Shown one piece after another: positions 9,457 through 18,961 of a DNA stretch of 64,000 nucleotides. Source of the stretch: Clostridia bacterium (GTDB lineage: Bacteria; Bacillota; Clostridia; Acetivibrionales; JBAZRJ01); contig JBAZRJ010000003.1 in assembly GCA_041662985.1 (NCBI GenBank), forward strand, positions 3,793 to 67,792. The letters run 5' to 3'. A model generated the notes under the pieces. It had not been told where the DNA came from. It worked only from the letters and a program-made list of their open reading frames with translations, and ran no database searches. The translations under genes were made by a program, and so were the position numbers. The first letter of the stretch is position 1. Every line of letters starts with the position of its first letter.

Positions 9457-11688
9457 CTAATTATTGATAGAATTGCTGGCAGGATCGTTATACCTGAATT
9501 CAACACTTATTATGTCGCCCAAGTTTACTTTTTTGCCTGCCGGTATACTTTGACGCATAGCTGTCCCTGTCCCGCTTATCTTGATATTCAGTCCCAGTGC
9601 ATTCAGCTCCTCAGTTGCATCGTTTATTGTCTTATTATTAAGGTTTGGCACTGTTACCGCAACTTCGCTTGTTGTCTTGGTCGTATATAAAACAACAATT
9701 GAGTTCTTCGTCAGTGCTACTCCTGTCTTCACATTTTGCATTGTAACAACAGTATTTTCAGCTTTCGAATCTCCCACTATTTTGTATTTCAGGCCTTTTT
9801 GTATCAGCAAGTTCTTTGCCTCTGAGAGTTTCTTGCCTGTCAATGACGGTACGATGCTCTCATATCCTAAAGCTATCTTGTCACTGTCACTATAAACCTT
9901 TTCAATCTGGAGATAATTTAATGTTTCATCCATTATTTCTTTCACTACATACCCTGCAGTGCCGCCTCCGCCATGTCCAAACCTGCCGGTAGGATTGTCC
10001 AGTACAACAAGCACGCAAATTTGCGGATTGTCGGCAGGTGCAAATGCGCTGAAGGATGCAATATATTGTCCGACTACGCTTGTTTCCGATGTTCCTGTTT
10101 TACCCGCAACTCTATATCCCATAAGGTATGCTGTTTTTCCTGTTCCGGTTGGTGTTGATACAACCTTCTCCAATAAACCTCTTAAGGTTTCTGATGTTTT
10201 TGCGGAAATTACATTTCTGACCACAACCGGCTCGGTTTTTTTAACTATATTTCCGCTGGAATCTCTCAGTTCCTTGACAATTTGCGGCTGAAGAAGTCTT
10301 CCGCCGTTTGCGATTGAAGCATATGCTGTAATCAATTGAATCGGCGTTATTTGAAATCTCTGTCCGAATGATGCAACGGCCATATCCAAAGGAGTGGGTT
10401 TGGTATGCATTATACTGCCTGCTTCTCCGGGCAGCTGTATCCCGGTCTTGTCATAGAAGCCGAAAGCCCTTATATATTTATAAAATTTATTTAATCCGAG
10501 TAATTGCGAGGCTTTTACAAATACGGGGTTGCATGAATTGTATAAACCTTGTGCAAATGTTTCAGTTCCGTGAACATTTGGCCATTTCCAGCATTTGATT
10601 GTTCTTCCCATTACATCTATGTTATTATCTGAAGTCACTGTATCCGGCGAAACAACTCCTTCTTCCAGAGAAGCTGCGGCTACTATAGCCTTAAACGTTG
10701 AACCCGGCTCATAAGTATCGACAACAGATTTATTTCTCCAGGTCGTCTTCTCAAGAAGCTTGATATCTGCCGATGTGTGTCCGCTCCAATCCGTTTTATT
10801 CAGTCCATTTGGCTCTTTAAAAGGAAGGTTCGCATCAAAATCAGGCTTTGATGCGAGAGCAAGAATTTCGCCTGTATTAGGGTCCATAACAATTGCTGTG
10901 GCGCCATTTTTTACATTGTTGTCTTTGATTGCTTTATTTAGTGCATTGTCCACGAAGTATTGAATCGTTTCATCAATCGTCAAAACGACATTTAATCCTT
11001 CTCTTGGACTGATATAGTTCTCTTTTGTGAATGGCAGTTGAATACCTATCGCATCAATCTCGCTTAAAACCTTACCGGGCACACCCTTCAGATATTTATC
11101 CATCATTGCTTCAACTCCGCCGAGTCCCTGGTTGTCGTCGCCTGTGAATCCAATTACATGAGCCGCGAGATTATTGAAAGGATACACTCTTTTTGTATCG
11201 TCGTCGACATAAATTCCGTCTATACTTTTTTCTTTTATCCAATCCTTAACCTTGAGTCCGATTTTTTCATCGATTTTTCTGGCAATGGTTTCATAACTGT
11301 TTTTACTGTTTATTTTTTCTAATATAAAACTGCTGTCAAGGCCCAATATTTCTGCAAGCTTATTCGCAATTGCATTAACTTTTTCGCTTGATTTTCTTAC
11401 CATATATGGAGTAATTGCAATCGTATTAACCTTTTGGCTTAATGCAAGCGCCTTCCCATTCCTGTCTGAAATAACACCGCGGGTCGAGTTGATTGTACTT
11501 CCGCGTGTTTGCTGTTCAGATGCAAGTCTCTTATATTCAGTTCCTTTTACTATTTGAATCCAACCGACTCTGATAACAAGAAGTATCAGCAGTAGTGAAA
11601 AGATTGATAAGAGGAATATAATTCGTCTTTTCATGAATTTATTAAGTGCTGACAAAATTATACCCCCTTGAAAAATAGTCAGTAACAA
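9457..11688 (-). CDS. Class B penicillin-binding protein (FtsI/SpoVD/PBP2B type) with two C-terminal PASTA domains
   Basis: Transpeptidase motifs STFK, SCN and KTGT, an N-terminal TM anchor, and two PASTA-like repeats at the C-terminus. The real start is probably internal: TTG 11655 preceded by AAGGGGG, or ATG 11634. Confidence 0.9.
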   Translation of the reverse strand: MLLTIFQGGIILSALNKFMKRRIIFLLSIFSLLLILLVIRVGWIQIVKGTEYKRLASEQQTRGSTINSTRGVISDRNGKALALSQKVNTIAITPYMVRKSSEKVNAIANKLAEILGLDSSFILEKINSKNSYETIARKIDEKIGLKVKDWIKEKSIDGIYVDDDTKRVYPFNNLAAHVIGFTGDDNQGLGGVEAMMDKYLKGVPGKVLSEIDAIGIQLPFTKENYISPREGLNVVLTIDETIQYFVDNALNKAIKDNNVKNGATAIVMDPNTGEILALASKPDFDANLPFKEPNGLNKTDWSGHTSADIKLLEKTTWRNKSVVDTYEPGSTFKAIVAAASLEEGVVSPDTVTSDNNIDVMGRTIKCWKWPNVHGTETFAQGLYNSCNPVFVKASQLLGLNKFYKYIRAFGFYDKTGIQLPGEAGSIMHTKPTPLDMAVASFGQRFQITPIQLITAYASIANGGRLLQPQIVKELRDSSGNIVKKTEPVVVRNVISAKTSETLRGLLEKVVSTPTGTGKTAYLMGYRVAGKTGTSETSVVGQYIASFSAFAPADNPQICVLVVLDNPTGRFGHGGGGTAGYVVKEIMDETLNYLQIEKVYSDSDKIALGYESIVPSLTGKKLSEAKNLLIQKGLKYKIVGDSKAENTVVTMQNVKTGVALTKNSIVVLYTTKTTSEVAVTVPNLNNKTINDATEELNALGLNIKISGTGTAMRQSIPAGKKVNLGDIISVEFRYNDPASNSINN

Positions 11689-11802
11689 TAAAATAAAAAT
11701 GACTGTAGACTGTATAATTTATTATACCATCCACAGCCAAAAAATCACTATGCAACTTTAACGGTTAATTACCAAAGCATTATCAACAACTGACACCGTT
11801 CT

Positions 11803-12291
11803 TTAAACAAATCCGATGAATTTTGCGACATTATACATTAAAGTTGAAATTGAAACGCCCTTGTCTGCAACGGCCGTACCTGCAATTTTGTCATTTACAA
11901 CTGTAAAGTCTGTTTTCGGAACATCAACATATACAATCTGATTTTTGTCCGGTTTTTGCATACCTAATTTTTGTTCAGCAATCTGCCTTACCTTGTTCAG
12001 ATCGGTTTTGCTTTGAATATCAACCTTTAGTTTAACGTTTTTATCCTGTATTTCGTTATACTCGTTCGTATATTTGCTTACATTGTAATTTAATTGAGTC
12101 AGTGTTGCATATCTTCCCAGTATGACAAAACCAAGAGCAAAAATAATCATAAAACTGAAAATCATTTTTGACTTGATTTTATTGTTTGATTTATGTTTTT
12201 TCTTTTCCTTTAAAACTTCATTCTCTTCGTAAACATTATAGTCTAATTTTCTGGCCGATGTTCCGTTAATGTAATTTTTATTTGCACTCAT
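11803..12291 (-). CDS. ftsL: FtsL-like cell division protein (bitopic, coiled-coil)
   Basis: Short basic cytoplasmic tail, one TM helix (MIFSFMIIFALGFVILG), then a coiled-coil-like segment. It lies between rsmH and the PBP gene, the conserved ftsL slot. Confidence 0.65.
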   Translation of the reverse strand: MSANKNYINGTSARKLDYNVYEENEVLKEKKKHKSNNKIKSKMIFSFMIIFALGFVILGRYATLTQLNYNVSKYTNEYNEIQDKNVKLKVDIQSKTDLNKVRQIAEQKLGMQKPDKNQIVYVDVPKTDFTVVNDKIAGTAVADKGVSISTLMYNVAKFIGFV

Positions 12292-12360
12292 CTTCTGTAT
12301 CCGCCTTTTTTAAAAATTTAATTCTTCAATTCATGTACTTTAGACTATTTCCGGGATTTT

Positions 12361-12431
12361 GTATAAATAGTTAACTGCAAGCTACGAAACTTCTTAATAT
12401 TGATTTAAACCTCACAGTTAACTATTTATAC
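12361..12431. repeat. 17-bp perfect inverted repeat with 37-nt spacer, in the rsmH-ftsL gap
   Basis: GTATAAATAGTTAACTG (12361-12377) is the exact reverse complement of CAGTTAACTATTTATAC (12415-12431). Confidence 0.9.
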
Positions 12432-12448
12432 CATCTGTCATTTTCTTC

Positions 12449-12486
12449 TGTAGATTCAATTGCGCATCTTTTGTAGATTCAATTGC
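12449..12486. repeat. 15-nt direct repeat x2, period 23
   Basis: TGTAGATTCAATTGC occurs at 12449-12463 and again at 12472-12486. Confidence 0.85.
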
Positions 12487-12604
12487 TTTCTTTTGTGACT
12501 CGACTTGCAATTTCTCTTTTGTTTTTTGAACTTCTCTTTTTCTTTTGCTTAAGTGAATTCCAAACTATATACTGTGATACTGTAGCAAAGTGCCGATTTT
12601 AAAG

Positions 12605-13546
12605 TTACATTCTTTCAATTACTCTAAGTTTTGCGCTCCTTGCCCTTGGATTTTCCTCAAGTTCCTCTTTTGTCGGTATTATCGGTTTTTTTGAGATATG
12701 TTTTGCTGTCGGTTTCCTTTTGCATACACATATCGGAAAATCACGGGGGCATGTACAAGGATCTGTCGCTTTGTTAAATTCATTTTTCACTATCCTGTCT
12801 TCCAGCGAATGAAATGTTATTATGCAAAATCTTCCGCAAGGTTTAAGTATCGATATTGCATCATCTATTGCGTCCTTTAGTATCCCCAGTTCATTGTTTA
12901 CTTCTATCCTCAGTGCCTGGAATGTTCTTTTTGCAGGGTGCGGACCATCTCTTCTTGCGCTGCTCGGTATTGCCGCCTTAATTATTTCAACCAGTTCCCA
13001 TGTTGTATCAATATGTTTCTTTTCTCTGGCTGCAATTATAAATTCTGCAATCCTTGGTGCCCATCTTTCCTCGCCGTAATTTCTTATAATTTCTTTTATG
13101 TTTTCTTTCGAATATTCGTTGACTATTCTTTCCGCAGTAATTTCAATGTCCTTATCCATTCTCATGTCGAGCGGTGCATCGTTCATGTACGAAAATCCTC
13201 TTTCGGGTTCATCCAGCTGATATGAGGAAACCCCTAAATCAAGCAATATTCCGTCGACTTTCTTTATTCCGTTTTCAACACAAACCTTTTTTATATTTTT
13301 AAAATTACTTTTTACCAAAATTATTTTTGCTTTACCCGGAGTGTTATTCAATATTTCCTTTGCATGTTCGAGTGCGTCTGAGTCCTGATCTACTCCCAAT
13401 AACGTTCCGTCTTTGTCAAGCTGTTTGTATATTTCAGCGGCATGTCCTGCACCGCCTAAAGTCCCGTCTACATATATGCCGTCAGGCTTTATTTTTAAGT
13501 TTTCAAGACATTCATTCAATAATACCGGCCTATGGCTAAATTCCAT
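12605..13546 (-). CDS. rsmH: 16S rRNA (cytosine1402-N4)-methyltransferase
   Basis: N-terminal HRPVLLNE, the SAM site [10 protein letters not shown], and DLGVSS. It directly follows mraZ. Confidence 0.95.
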   Translation of the reverse strand: MEFSHRPVLLNECLENLKIKPDGIYVDGTLGGAGHAAEIYKQLDKDGTLLGVDQDSDALEHAKEILNNTPGKAKIILVKSNFKNIKKVCVENGIKKVDGILLDLGVSSYQLDEPERGFSYMNDAPLDMRMDKDIEITAERIVNEYSKENIKEIIRNYGEERWAPRIAEFIIAAREKKHIDTTWELVEIIKAAIPSSARRDGPHPAKRTFQALRIEVNNELGILKDAIDDAISILKPCGRFCIITFHSLEDRIVKNEFNKATDPCTCPRDFPICVCKRKPTAKHISKKPIIPTKEELEENPRARSAKLRVIERM

Positions 13547-13555
13547 TTGGCACCT

Positions 13556-13999
13556 CTATATAAACAAATTATTTAATTCCATTTCTTCTGCTAAATCCTC
13601 AATGTTTCCGCTTTCCGAATCATATTTTTCCCAGCTGTCTTTATCCCAGATTTCTACTCTGTTTCCAACACCCAGAACATAAACATCCTTATCTATACTT
13701 GCATAATTTCTCAAAACTTGTTTAAGTAAAATCCTGCCCTGCTTGTCGGTAGTAACTTCGTCAACACCTGCAAATATTTTTCTCGAAATAGCTACAGCCT
13801 TTTTATTTGATATCGGGAGCTCTTTAAGTTTTTCGGTAAAGATATTCCAACCTTCCATTGAATATACAAACAAACAATTGTTTAAACCCTTGGTAACAAT
13901 GAACTCGTCTCCGAGTCCATCTTTTAATTTCCTGGGAACAAATACTCTCCCCTTCAAGTCAATTGTGTGTTTATATTCTCCGTAAAAGCCTGCGCTCAT
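13556..13999 (-). CDS. mraZ: Transcriptional regulator MraZ
   Basis: Two SpoVT/AbrB-like halves (DLKGRVFVPRK and DKQGRILLKQ). I chose ATG 13999 (MSAGFYGEY) because it matches the usual MraZ N-terminus and has a GGAGA SD. The GTG at 14017 lies inside the operator repeats. Confidence 0.92.
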   Translation of the reverse strand: MSAGFYGEYKHTIDLKGRVFVPRKLKDGLGDEFIVTKGLNNCLFVYSMEGWNIFTEKLKELPISNKKAVAISRKIFAGVDEVTTDKQGRILLKQVLRNYASIDKDVYVLGVGNRVEIWDKDSWEKYDSESGNIEDLAEEMELNNLFI

Positions 14000-14013
14000 A
14001 TTTGGTTTCTCCA

Positions 14014-14039
14014 CCACTTCGCTCCACTTTGCTCCACTT
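14014..14039 (-). promoter_or_regulatory. Putative MraZ operator: three AAGTGG boxes at 10-bp period
   Basis: The minus strand reads AAGTGGAGCAAAGTGGAGCGAAGTGG. The boxes (CCACTT on the plus strand) are at 14014-19, 14024-29 and 14034-39, between the -10 and the mraZ SD. Confidence 0.6.
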
Positions 14040-14047
14040 ACATGCCT

Positions 14048-14076
14048 ATTTTATTCAAAAACTTTACAAATGTCAA
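14048..14076 (-). promoter_or_regulatory. Sigma-A type promoter of the dcw operon
   Basis: Minus strand: TTGACA (14076-14071), a 17-nt spacer, then TAAAAT (14053-14048). Confidence 0.65.
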
Positions 14077-14187
14077 GCATTTTTTTAACTTTTTTTTAAC
14101 AAAAAAAAAGACAGGGCAAACGCTCAGTCTAAAACACTTTTAAATTATATTCTCAATTACATCAGATTAAATATAAAATTCGGTCAG

Positions 14188-15324
14188 TTACTTCTGATTA
14201 AATATCGCCCTCTTTCTCCTCATTGATATGCTCAGCAATACCCCCACTGCGATAAAATTCGTCAGCATTGAGCTGCCTCCTGCGCTTATGAAAGGAAGTG
14301 GTATGCCTGTTACAGGCAGTAATCCCATTGACATTCCGATATTCTCAATAAAATGGAATCCCAGCATTCCGGTAATTCCTATTGCCATGAATGATCCATA
14401 TGAATCTCTGGATTTTTTTGCAATGTATATGGATCTTATGATAATAAAGAAAATTAGCGCTACAATTAAAAAGGTGGCAATGAACCCCAATTCTTCGCCA
14501 ATTACGGCAAATATTGAGTCTGTGTCCCTTTCCGGTATACCTCCGAGTTGAGTTTGTATCCCCTGAAACAAACCTTTCCCAAAAAATTGGCCGGAACCTA
14601 TTGCTTTAATAAGTTGTTTGACATGATAGCCTGAACCCAATGGATCCAAATCAGGATTTAAAAAAACAAGGATTCTTGCCTGCCTTTGCGCATTGAGTAA
14701 AAATACCCATGCAAATGTGAAAACAGGTATTGAAGCTATTGCGGTTATAATCATGTATCTGTAACGAATTCCCGCAATGAAAACCATGAGTATGAACATA
14801 AAGATAAAAACCAGTGCAGTCCCATAATCAGGCTGCAGAAAAACGAGACCCAGAGGAAGCAAGAATATAATCACTGCTTTTAATGCGTTTATTGCAATTT
14901 TTTCTCCGTCTTTAATTTTTCCGAAGTATATCGATGCAAAGATAATTGTTCCGATTTTCATAAGTTCGGAAGGCTGAAAACTGCCAATAAAAGGAACCTG
15001 AAGCCAGCTTTTACTACCCCATTGCTCCTGTCCGATACCTTTGAATAATACAACAATTAAAAGGATGAGACTTAAAATGTAAAATACCATCGCAAAATAC
15101 CTGAAACTCTTATAATCCAGCGCACTTATGAAAAGCGCAACAAAAACACCAATCGCAAAGAACACAATCTGTTTTGTCAATACACTCGATCCGCCTGTTA
15201 AATTAGCAGTCGCACTGCGTAAAACAATAAGTCCTATTGCCGACAACATCAAAATTGCGAAGAAGAGATGATAATCAAATAATTTAAAGGGATTTGGCCC
15301 CTTTGATTTTTCAATAAAGTACAT
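14188..15324 (-). CDS. SEDS-family protein (RodA/FtsW family)
   Basis: Polytopic membrane protein with SEDS motifs (QPSELMKIGTIIF, PERDTDSIFAVIGEELG, LPVTGIPLPFISAGGSS). It is the second SEDS paralog in the window. Confidence 0.88.
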   Translation of the reverse strand: MYFIEKSKGPNPFKLFDYHLFFAILMLSAIGLIVLRSATANLTGGSSVLTKQIVFFAIGVFVALFISALDYKSFRYFAMVFYILSLILLIVVLFKGIGQEQWGSKSWLQVPFIGSFQPSELMKIGTIIFASIYFGKIKDGEKIAINALKAVIIFLLPLGLVFLQPDYGTALVFIFMFILMVFIAGIRYRYMIITAIASIPVFTFAWVFLLNAQRQARILVFLNPDLDPLGSGYHVKQLIKAIGSGQFFGKGLFQGIQTQLGGIPERDTDSIFAVIGEELGFIATFLIVALIFFIIIRSIYIAKKSRDSYGSFMAIGITGMLGFHFIENIGMSMGLLPVTGIPLPFISAGGSSMLTNFIAVGVLLSISMRRKRAIFNQK

Positions 15325-15340
15325 AATTTACCACCTTAGC

Positions 15341-16288
15341 TTAATTATCCTGATTGTTTTTCTCCTCAGGATCCCCAGATGCCTTGGCATCTTTGCTTTT
15401 CTTGCTTTCAAGTATTTCCTCGAGAATACTTATATATTCCTCCTGTTCATCAGGTTCTTTTGGTTTTCTGTTCTTTACTTTAATTAAAATAAAGAATGCA
15501 AGGAATACTGCGACTAAAGCTGCCGACAGAACCTGAGAAACTCTGAAACTTCCAAGCATCAAGCTGTCCGTCCTCAACCCTTCGATAAAGAATCTTGCCG
15601 CTCCGTATAATATCAAATATAATGCTAAAACTTCACCGTCGGCTTTCTTTCTCCTTCTTGCAAACACCAATATTACAAAAATCAATAAACAAGCCAGGGA
15701 CTCATAAAGAAATGTCGGATGAATGGGTAATGAAGGGTCAACATTTATTCCGTTTTGCTGCATTATGCTTAAACTGGTTGTTATGCCGTCACCTTTCATC
15801 CCCCATGGAAGTGTTGTATTTGTTCCAAAAGCCTCCTGGTTAAAAAAGTTTCCCCACCGGCCAATCGCTTGACCCAGTACAAGATAAGGCACTCCAAAAT
15901 CCAATATTTTCAATGCTTTTATTTTCTTTATTTTACATACTATGAATACAGCTGCAAAAGCTCCGATTACACCGCCGTATATTGCCAATCCACCCGTTCT
16001 GGTGTTTATAATATTTAATAGATTCCCTTCAAACTCACTCCAACTGAAGGCGACATAGTAGAGTCTTGCGCCGATAATTGCGGCAATCGTTGCATAAAGA
16101 GCGATGTCGACTATATCATTCTGTTTAATATCATATTTTTTACATGTTTTTAATCCCAATGCGACAGAAAGTATAAAAGCAAAAGAAATTACAATACCAT
16201 ACCAGTAAATAGGCACAGACCCAATGTAAAAAGCGATTCTCTGGACGGGAATATTCAAACCTCCAAGAAGATTGGGAAATTCAATCAT
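15341..16288 (-). CDS. lgt: Prolipoprotein diacylglyceryl transferase
   Basis: Lgt motifs YGIVISFAF, GARLYYV, GRWGNFFNQEAFG and HPTFLYESL, followed by an acidic C-terminal tail. Confidence 0.93.
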   Translation of the reverse strand: MIEFPNLLGGLNIPVQRIAFYIGSVPIYWYGIVISFAFILSVALGLKTCKKYDIKQNDIVDIALYATIAAIIGARLYYVAFSWSEFEGNLLNIINTRTGGLAIYGGVIGAFAAVFIVCKIKKIKALKILDFGVPYLVLGQAIGRWGNFFNQEAFGTNTTLPWGMKGDGITTSLSIMQQNGINVDPSLPIHPTFLYESLACLLIFVILVFARRRKKADGEVLALYLILYGAARFFIEGLRTDSLMLGSFRVSQVLSAALVAVFLAFFILIKVKNRKPKEPDEQEEYISILEEILESKKSKDAKASGDPEEKNNQDN

Positions 16289-16357
16289 TGTTTTTCTCCC
16301 TTTTCATTTATTAAATACTTAATGGTAATTTTACCATAAACATAATAATATTCATAA

Positions 16358-17566
16358 TCAAGCCTTTAAACATTCTTTTACTTTGTATTTTACAAGTTCC
16401 TCATCGATTGTCTTTAGTTCGCGCCCTTCCATAAGTATCTTTCCATCAACTATTACCGTGTCAACATCGCTTCCCTGACAGGAATAGACAATTGATGAAA
16501 CCATGTTATTGGATGGCGTAAAGTGGAGCTTGTCAGTGTCAATTATTGATATGTCGGCCTTCATGCCTTTTTTAATTTGACCTGTAACATCGCCAAAACC
16601 AATGGCCTGCGCGCCGTTTAATGTCGCCATTTTTATTGCCTGGCTTGCGCTTATCAAAAGAGGATCCATGTTAACACCTTTGTGAATCAAAGAGGTCAGA
16701 TTCATTTCCTCAAACATATTGAGATTGTTGTTGCTTGCGGCTCCGTCTGTTCCAATCGCAACATTGATTCCTCTTTTCAGCATGTCAGGTATCCTTGCGA
16801 TTCCGCTCCCGAGTTTCAAGTTACTCGTTGGATTATGAACCACGTTTACATTTTTTTGTTTCAAAATGTCAATATCTTTATCGGTTAAATGAACGCAGTG
16901 TGCTGCAATTAAAGGCACATCAAAAAGTCCGCATTTATTAAATTCCTCTGCAGAATTCATACCGTATTTTTCAACACTTGTCTCCAACTCATTTTTAGTT
17001 TCAAGGATATGGGTATGAATTCCTGTTTTCAGCTCTTTTGCAAGATCGACCGCATTTTTTAAATATTCCTCGGTAAACATATATGAGGAATGGACCTCAA
17101 GATAGACTTTTATTCTGCCTTTAGATGAATTGTTCCATTTTTTAAAATACTCTCTGCACCTGTCCGTATCTTCAACTGTCCTGCCCATTTCTCCGGCATT
17201 TAATATTAACGGGCCGATTGTAAGGTTTGCTCTTATGCCCGTATTTGTAACAGCTTCGGCAACATGATCCATGTGGATATACATATCTGCAAATGATGTT
17301 GTCCCTGACTTTATCATTTCGGCTATTCCAAGCATTGTTCCCCAGTATACATCCTCTCCGGTAAGTTTTGCCTCAGCAGGGAATATTTTATTAAAGAGCC
17401 AGTCCTCAAGTGAAAGGTCATCGGCATAATTTCTAAAAAGCGTCATCGCTGTATGTGTATGAGCATTAACGAGCCCGGGAATTGCGAGTCTGTGTTTGCC
17501 CGAAATGACTTTATCCGCAGCAAAATCGACCCTGACCACATGATTTGGATCTATGAAGTCAATCAC
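16358..17566 (-). CDS. mtaD: 5-methylthioadenosine/S-adenosylhomocysteine deaminase (amidohydrolase family); true start probably further upstream
   Basis: Metal-binding HTHTAM motif and amidohydrolase core (GTDGAASNN). The conserved N-terminal strand NILLKNIDYI...GIKDG is encoded in frame upstream of the GTG at 17566 (see finding). Confidence 0.85.
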   Translation of the reverse strand: MIDFIDPNHVVRVDFAADKVISGKHRLAIPGLVNAHTHTAMTLFRNYADDLSLEDWLFNKIFPAEAKLTGEDVYWGTMLGIAEMIKSGTTSFADMYIHMDHVAEAVTNTGIRANLTIGPLILNAGEMGRTVEDTDRCREYFKKWNNSSKGRIKVYLEVHSSYMFTEEYLKNAVDLAKELKTGIHTHILETKNELETSVEKYGMNSAEEFNKCGLFDVPLIAAHCVHLTDKDIDILKQKNVNVVHNPTSNLKLGSGIARIPDMLKRGINVAIGTDGAASNNNLNMFEEMNLTSLIHKGVNMDPLLISASQAIKMATLNGAQAIGFGDVTGQIKKGMKADISIIDTDKLHFTPSNNMVSSIVYSCQGSDVDTVIVDGKILMEGRELKTIDEELVKYKVKECLKA

Positions 17567-17671
17567 TCCATCCTTAATGCCAATGTTTCCGTTTTTAACA
17601 ACACACGTATTCTGTGTGTCGATATAGTCTATATTTTTTAATAGAATATTTATTTCAAAACACCTCCGAAA

Positions 17672-18961
17672 TTATAACTGCCAACTCTTGAAATATTTTT
17701 TCTGCTCGTCTGAAAGCTTGTCAATTTCAACTCCCCATGCTTTCAGTTTCATATTGGCAACTTTATTGTCAATTTCCTCGGGAACATCAATGACGTGATT
17801 GCCGAATTCTTTGTGGTTCTTGATCATATGAATCGCGCTTAAAGCCTGTATTGAAAAACTCATATCCATAATTTCAGCAGGATGTCCATCACCTGCGGCA
17901 AGGTTTACAAGCCTTCCTTCCGCAAGGAGGTTGATCCAGCGTCCGTCCTGCATTTGATAGCCCATGATATTATTTCTCTGTTCCTTCACTAAAACAGATA
18001 GTTTTTCAAGGTCAGGTATGTTTATTTCAACATTGAAATGTCCGGCATTGCAGAGAATTGCTCCGTCTTTCATTTGATTGAAGTGCCCGCCGGCTATTAC
18101 ATCTTTGCAACCGGTTGCTGTTACAAAAATATCGCCGATTTTAGCTGCCTCAGACATCTTCATAACCTTGAACCCGTCCATTATTGCTTCCGCAGATTTT
18201 ACAGGATCGACTTCGCAAATAACTGTACTTGCACCAAAACCCTTAGCACGCATAGCTATGCCTTTTCCGCACCATCCATAACCTACGACAACAACATTTT
18301 TCCCCGCGACGATAAGATTGGTGGTTCTGTTTATTCCATCCCAAACGGACTGTCCCGTTCCGTAACGATTGTCGAAAAGGTATTTGCATTGAGCATTATT
18401 TACTGCAATCATAGGGAATTTGAGCAAGCCCTCGCTTTCCATCGCCTTCAGCCTGATAATGCCTGTCGTTGTCTCTTCGCACCCGCCCATAACACTTGGC
18501 AGAAATTCTTTGCACTCTGTATGAAGCAGATTCACAAGATCCCCGCCGTCATCAATTATGATATTTGGTTTATCTCCCAATGCTTCAATCAACTGCTCTT
18601 TGTATTCCTCAGGTGTCGCGTTAAACCATGCATAGACATTAACTCCATCGTATGTTGAAAGGCCTGCTGCAACGTCATCCTGAGTCGAAAGCGGATTGCT
18701 TCCGGTCACCGAGACATCTCCTCCGCCGATTGCCATAACTGTCGCAAGATAAGCGGTTTTTGCTTCAAGATGCACGGAAATGGTTATTTTGAGATTTTTA
18801 AACGGTTTTGTAACCTTGAATTCTTCCTCAAGACTTCTTAAAAGCGGCATGTTCTTTCTTACCCACTCAATTTTTTGTTTGCCTTTACCGGCAAGATTGA
18901 TATCACGAATTTTACTCAATTGATTATTTCCCCCCATGTTTAGTAATATTTCCTTATACAA
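17672..18961 (-). CDS. ahcY: Adenosylhomocysteinase (short archaeal/Thermotoga-like type)
   Basis: NAD-binding VVGYGWCGKG, DDGGDL, and GHFNVEI. The start may instead be the internal MGGNN. Confidence 0.92.
   Translation of the reverse strand: MYKEILLNMGGNNQLSKIRDINLAGKGKQKIEWVRKNMPLLRSLEEEFKVTKPFKNLKITISVHLEAKTAYLATVMAIGGGDVSVTGSNPLSTQDDVAAGLSTYDGVNVYAWFNATPEEYKEQLIEALGDKPNIIIDDGGDLVNLLHTECKEFLPSVMGGCEETTTGIIRLKAMESEGLLKFPMIAVNNAQCKYLFDNRYGTGQSVWDGINRTTNLIVAGKNVVVVGYGWCGKGIAMRAKGFGASTVICEVDPVKSAEAIMDGFKVMKMSEAAKIGDIFVTATGCKDVIAGGHFNQMKDGAILCNAGHFNVEINIPDLEKLSVLVKEQRNNIMGYQMQDGRWINLLAEGRLVNLAAGDGHPAEIMDMSFSIQALSAIHMIKNHKEFGNHVIDVPEEIDNKVANMKLKAWGVEIDKLSDEQKKYFKSWQL

Noticed and set aside
12292-12604. 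Lys-rich small ORF (...KRKREVQKTKEKLQVESQKKAIESTKDAQLNLQKKMTDGINS) on the minus strand between rsmH and ftsL.
   Set aside because: It has no ATG/GTG start and no SD; only an internal TTG is available. The composition simply reflects A-rich DNA, and the 23-nt repeat inside it does not preserve frame.
18038-18658. 206-aa plus-strand ORF.
   Set aside because: It lies entirely antisense to the well-supported ahcY gene and has no SD and no domain features. The same reasoning applies to the other antisense or alternate-frame ORFs in the track, e.g. 43909-44664, 34345-34920, 27408-27731, 32330-32608, 21545-21748 and 9045-9467.
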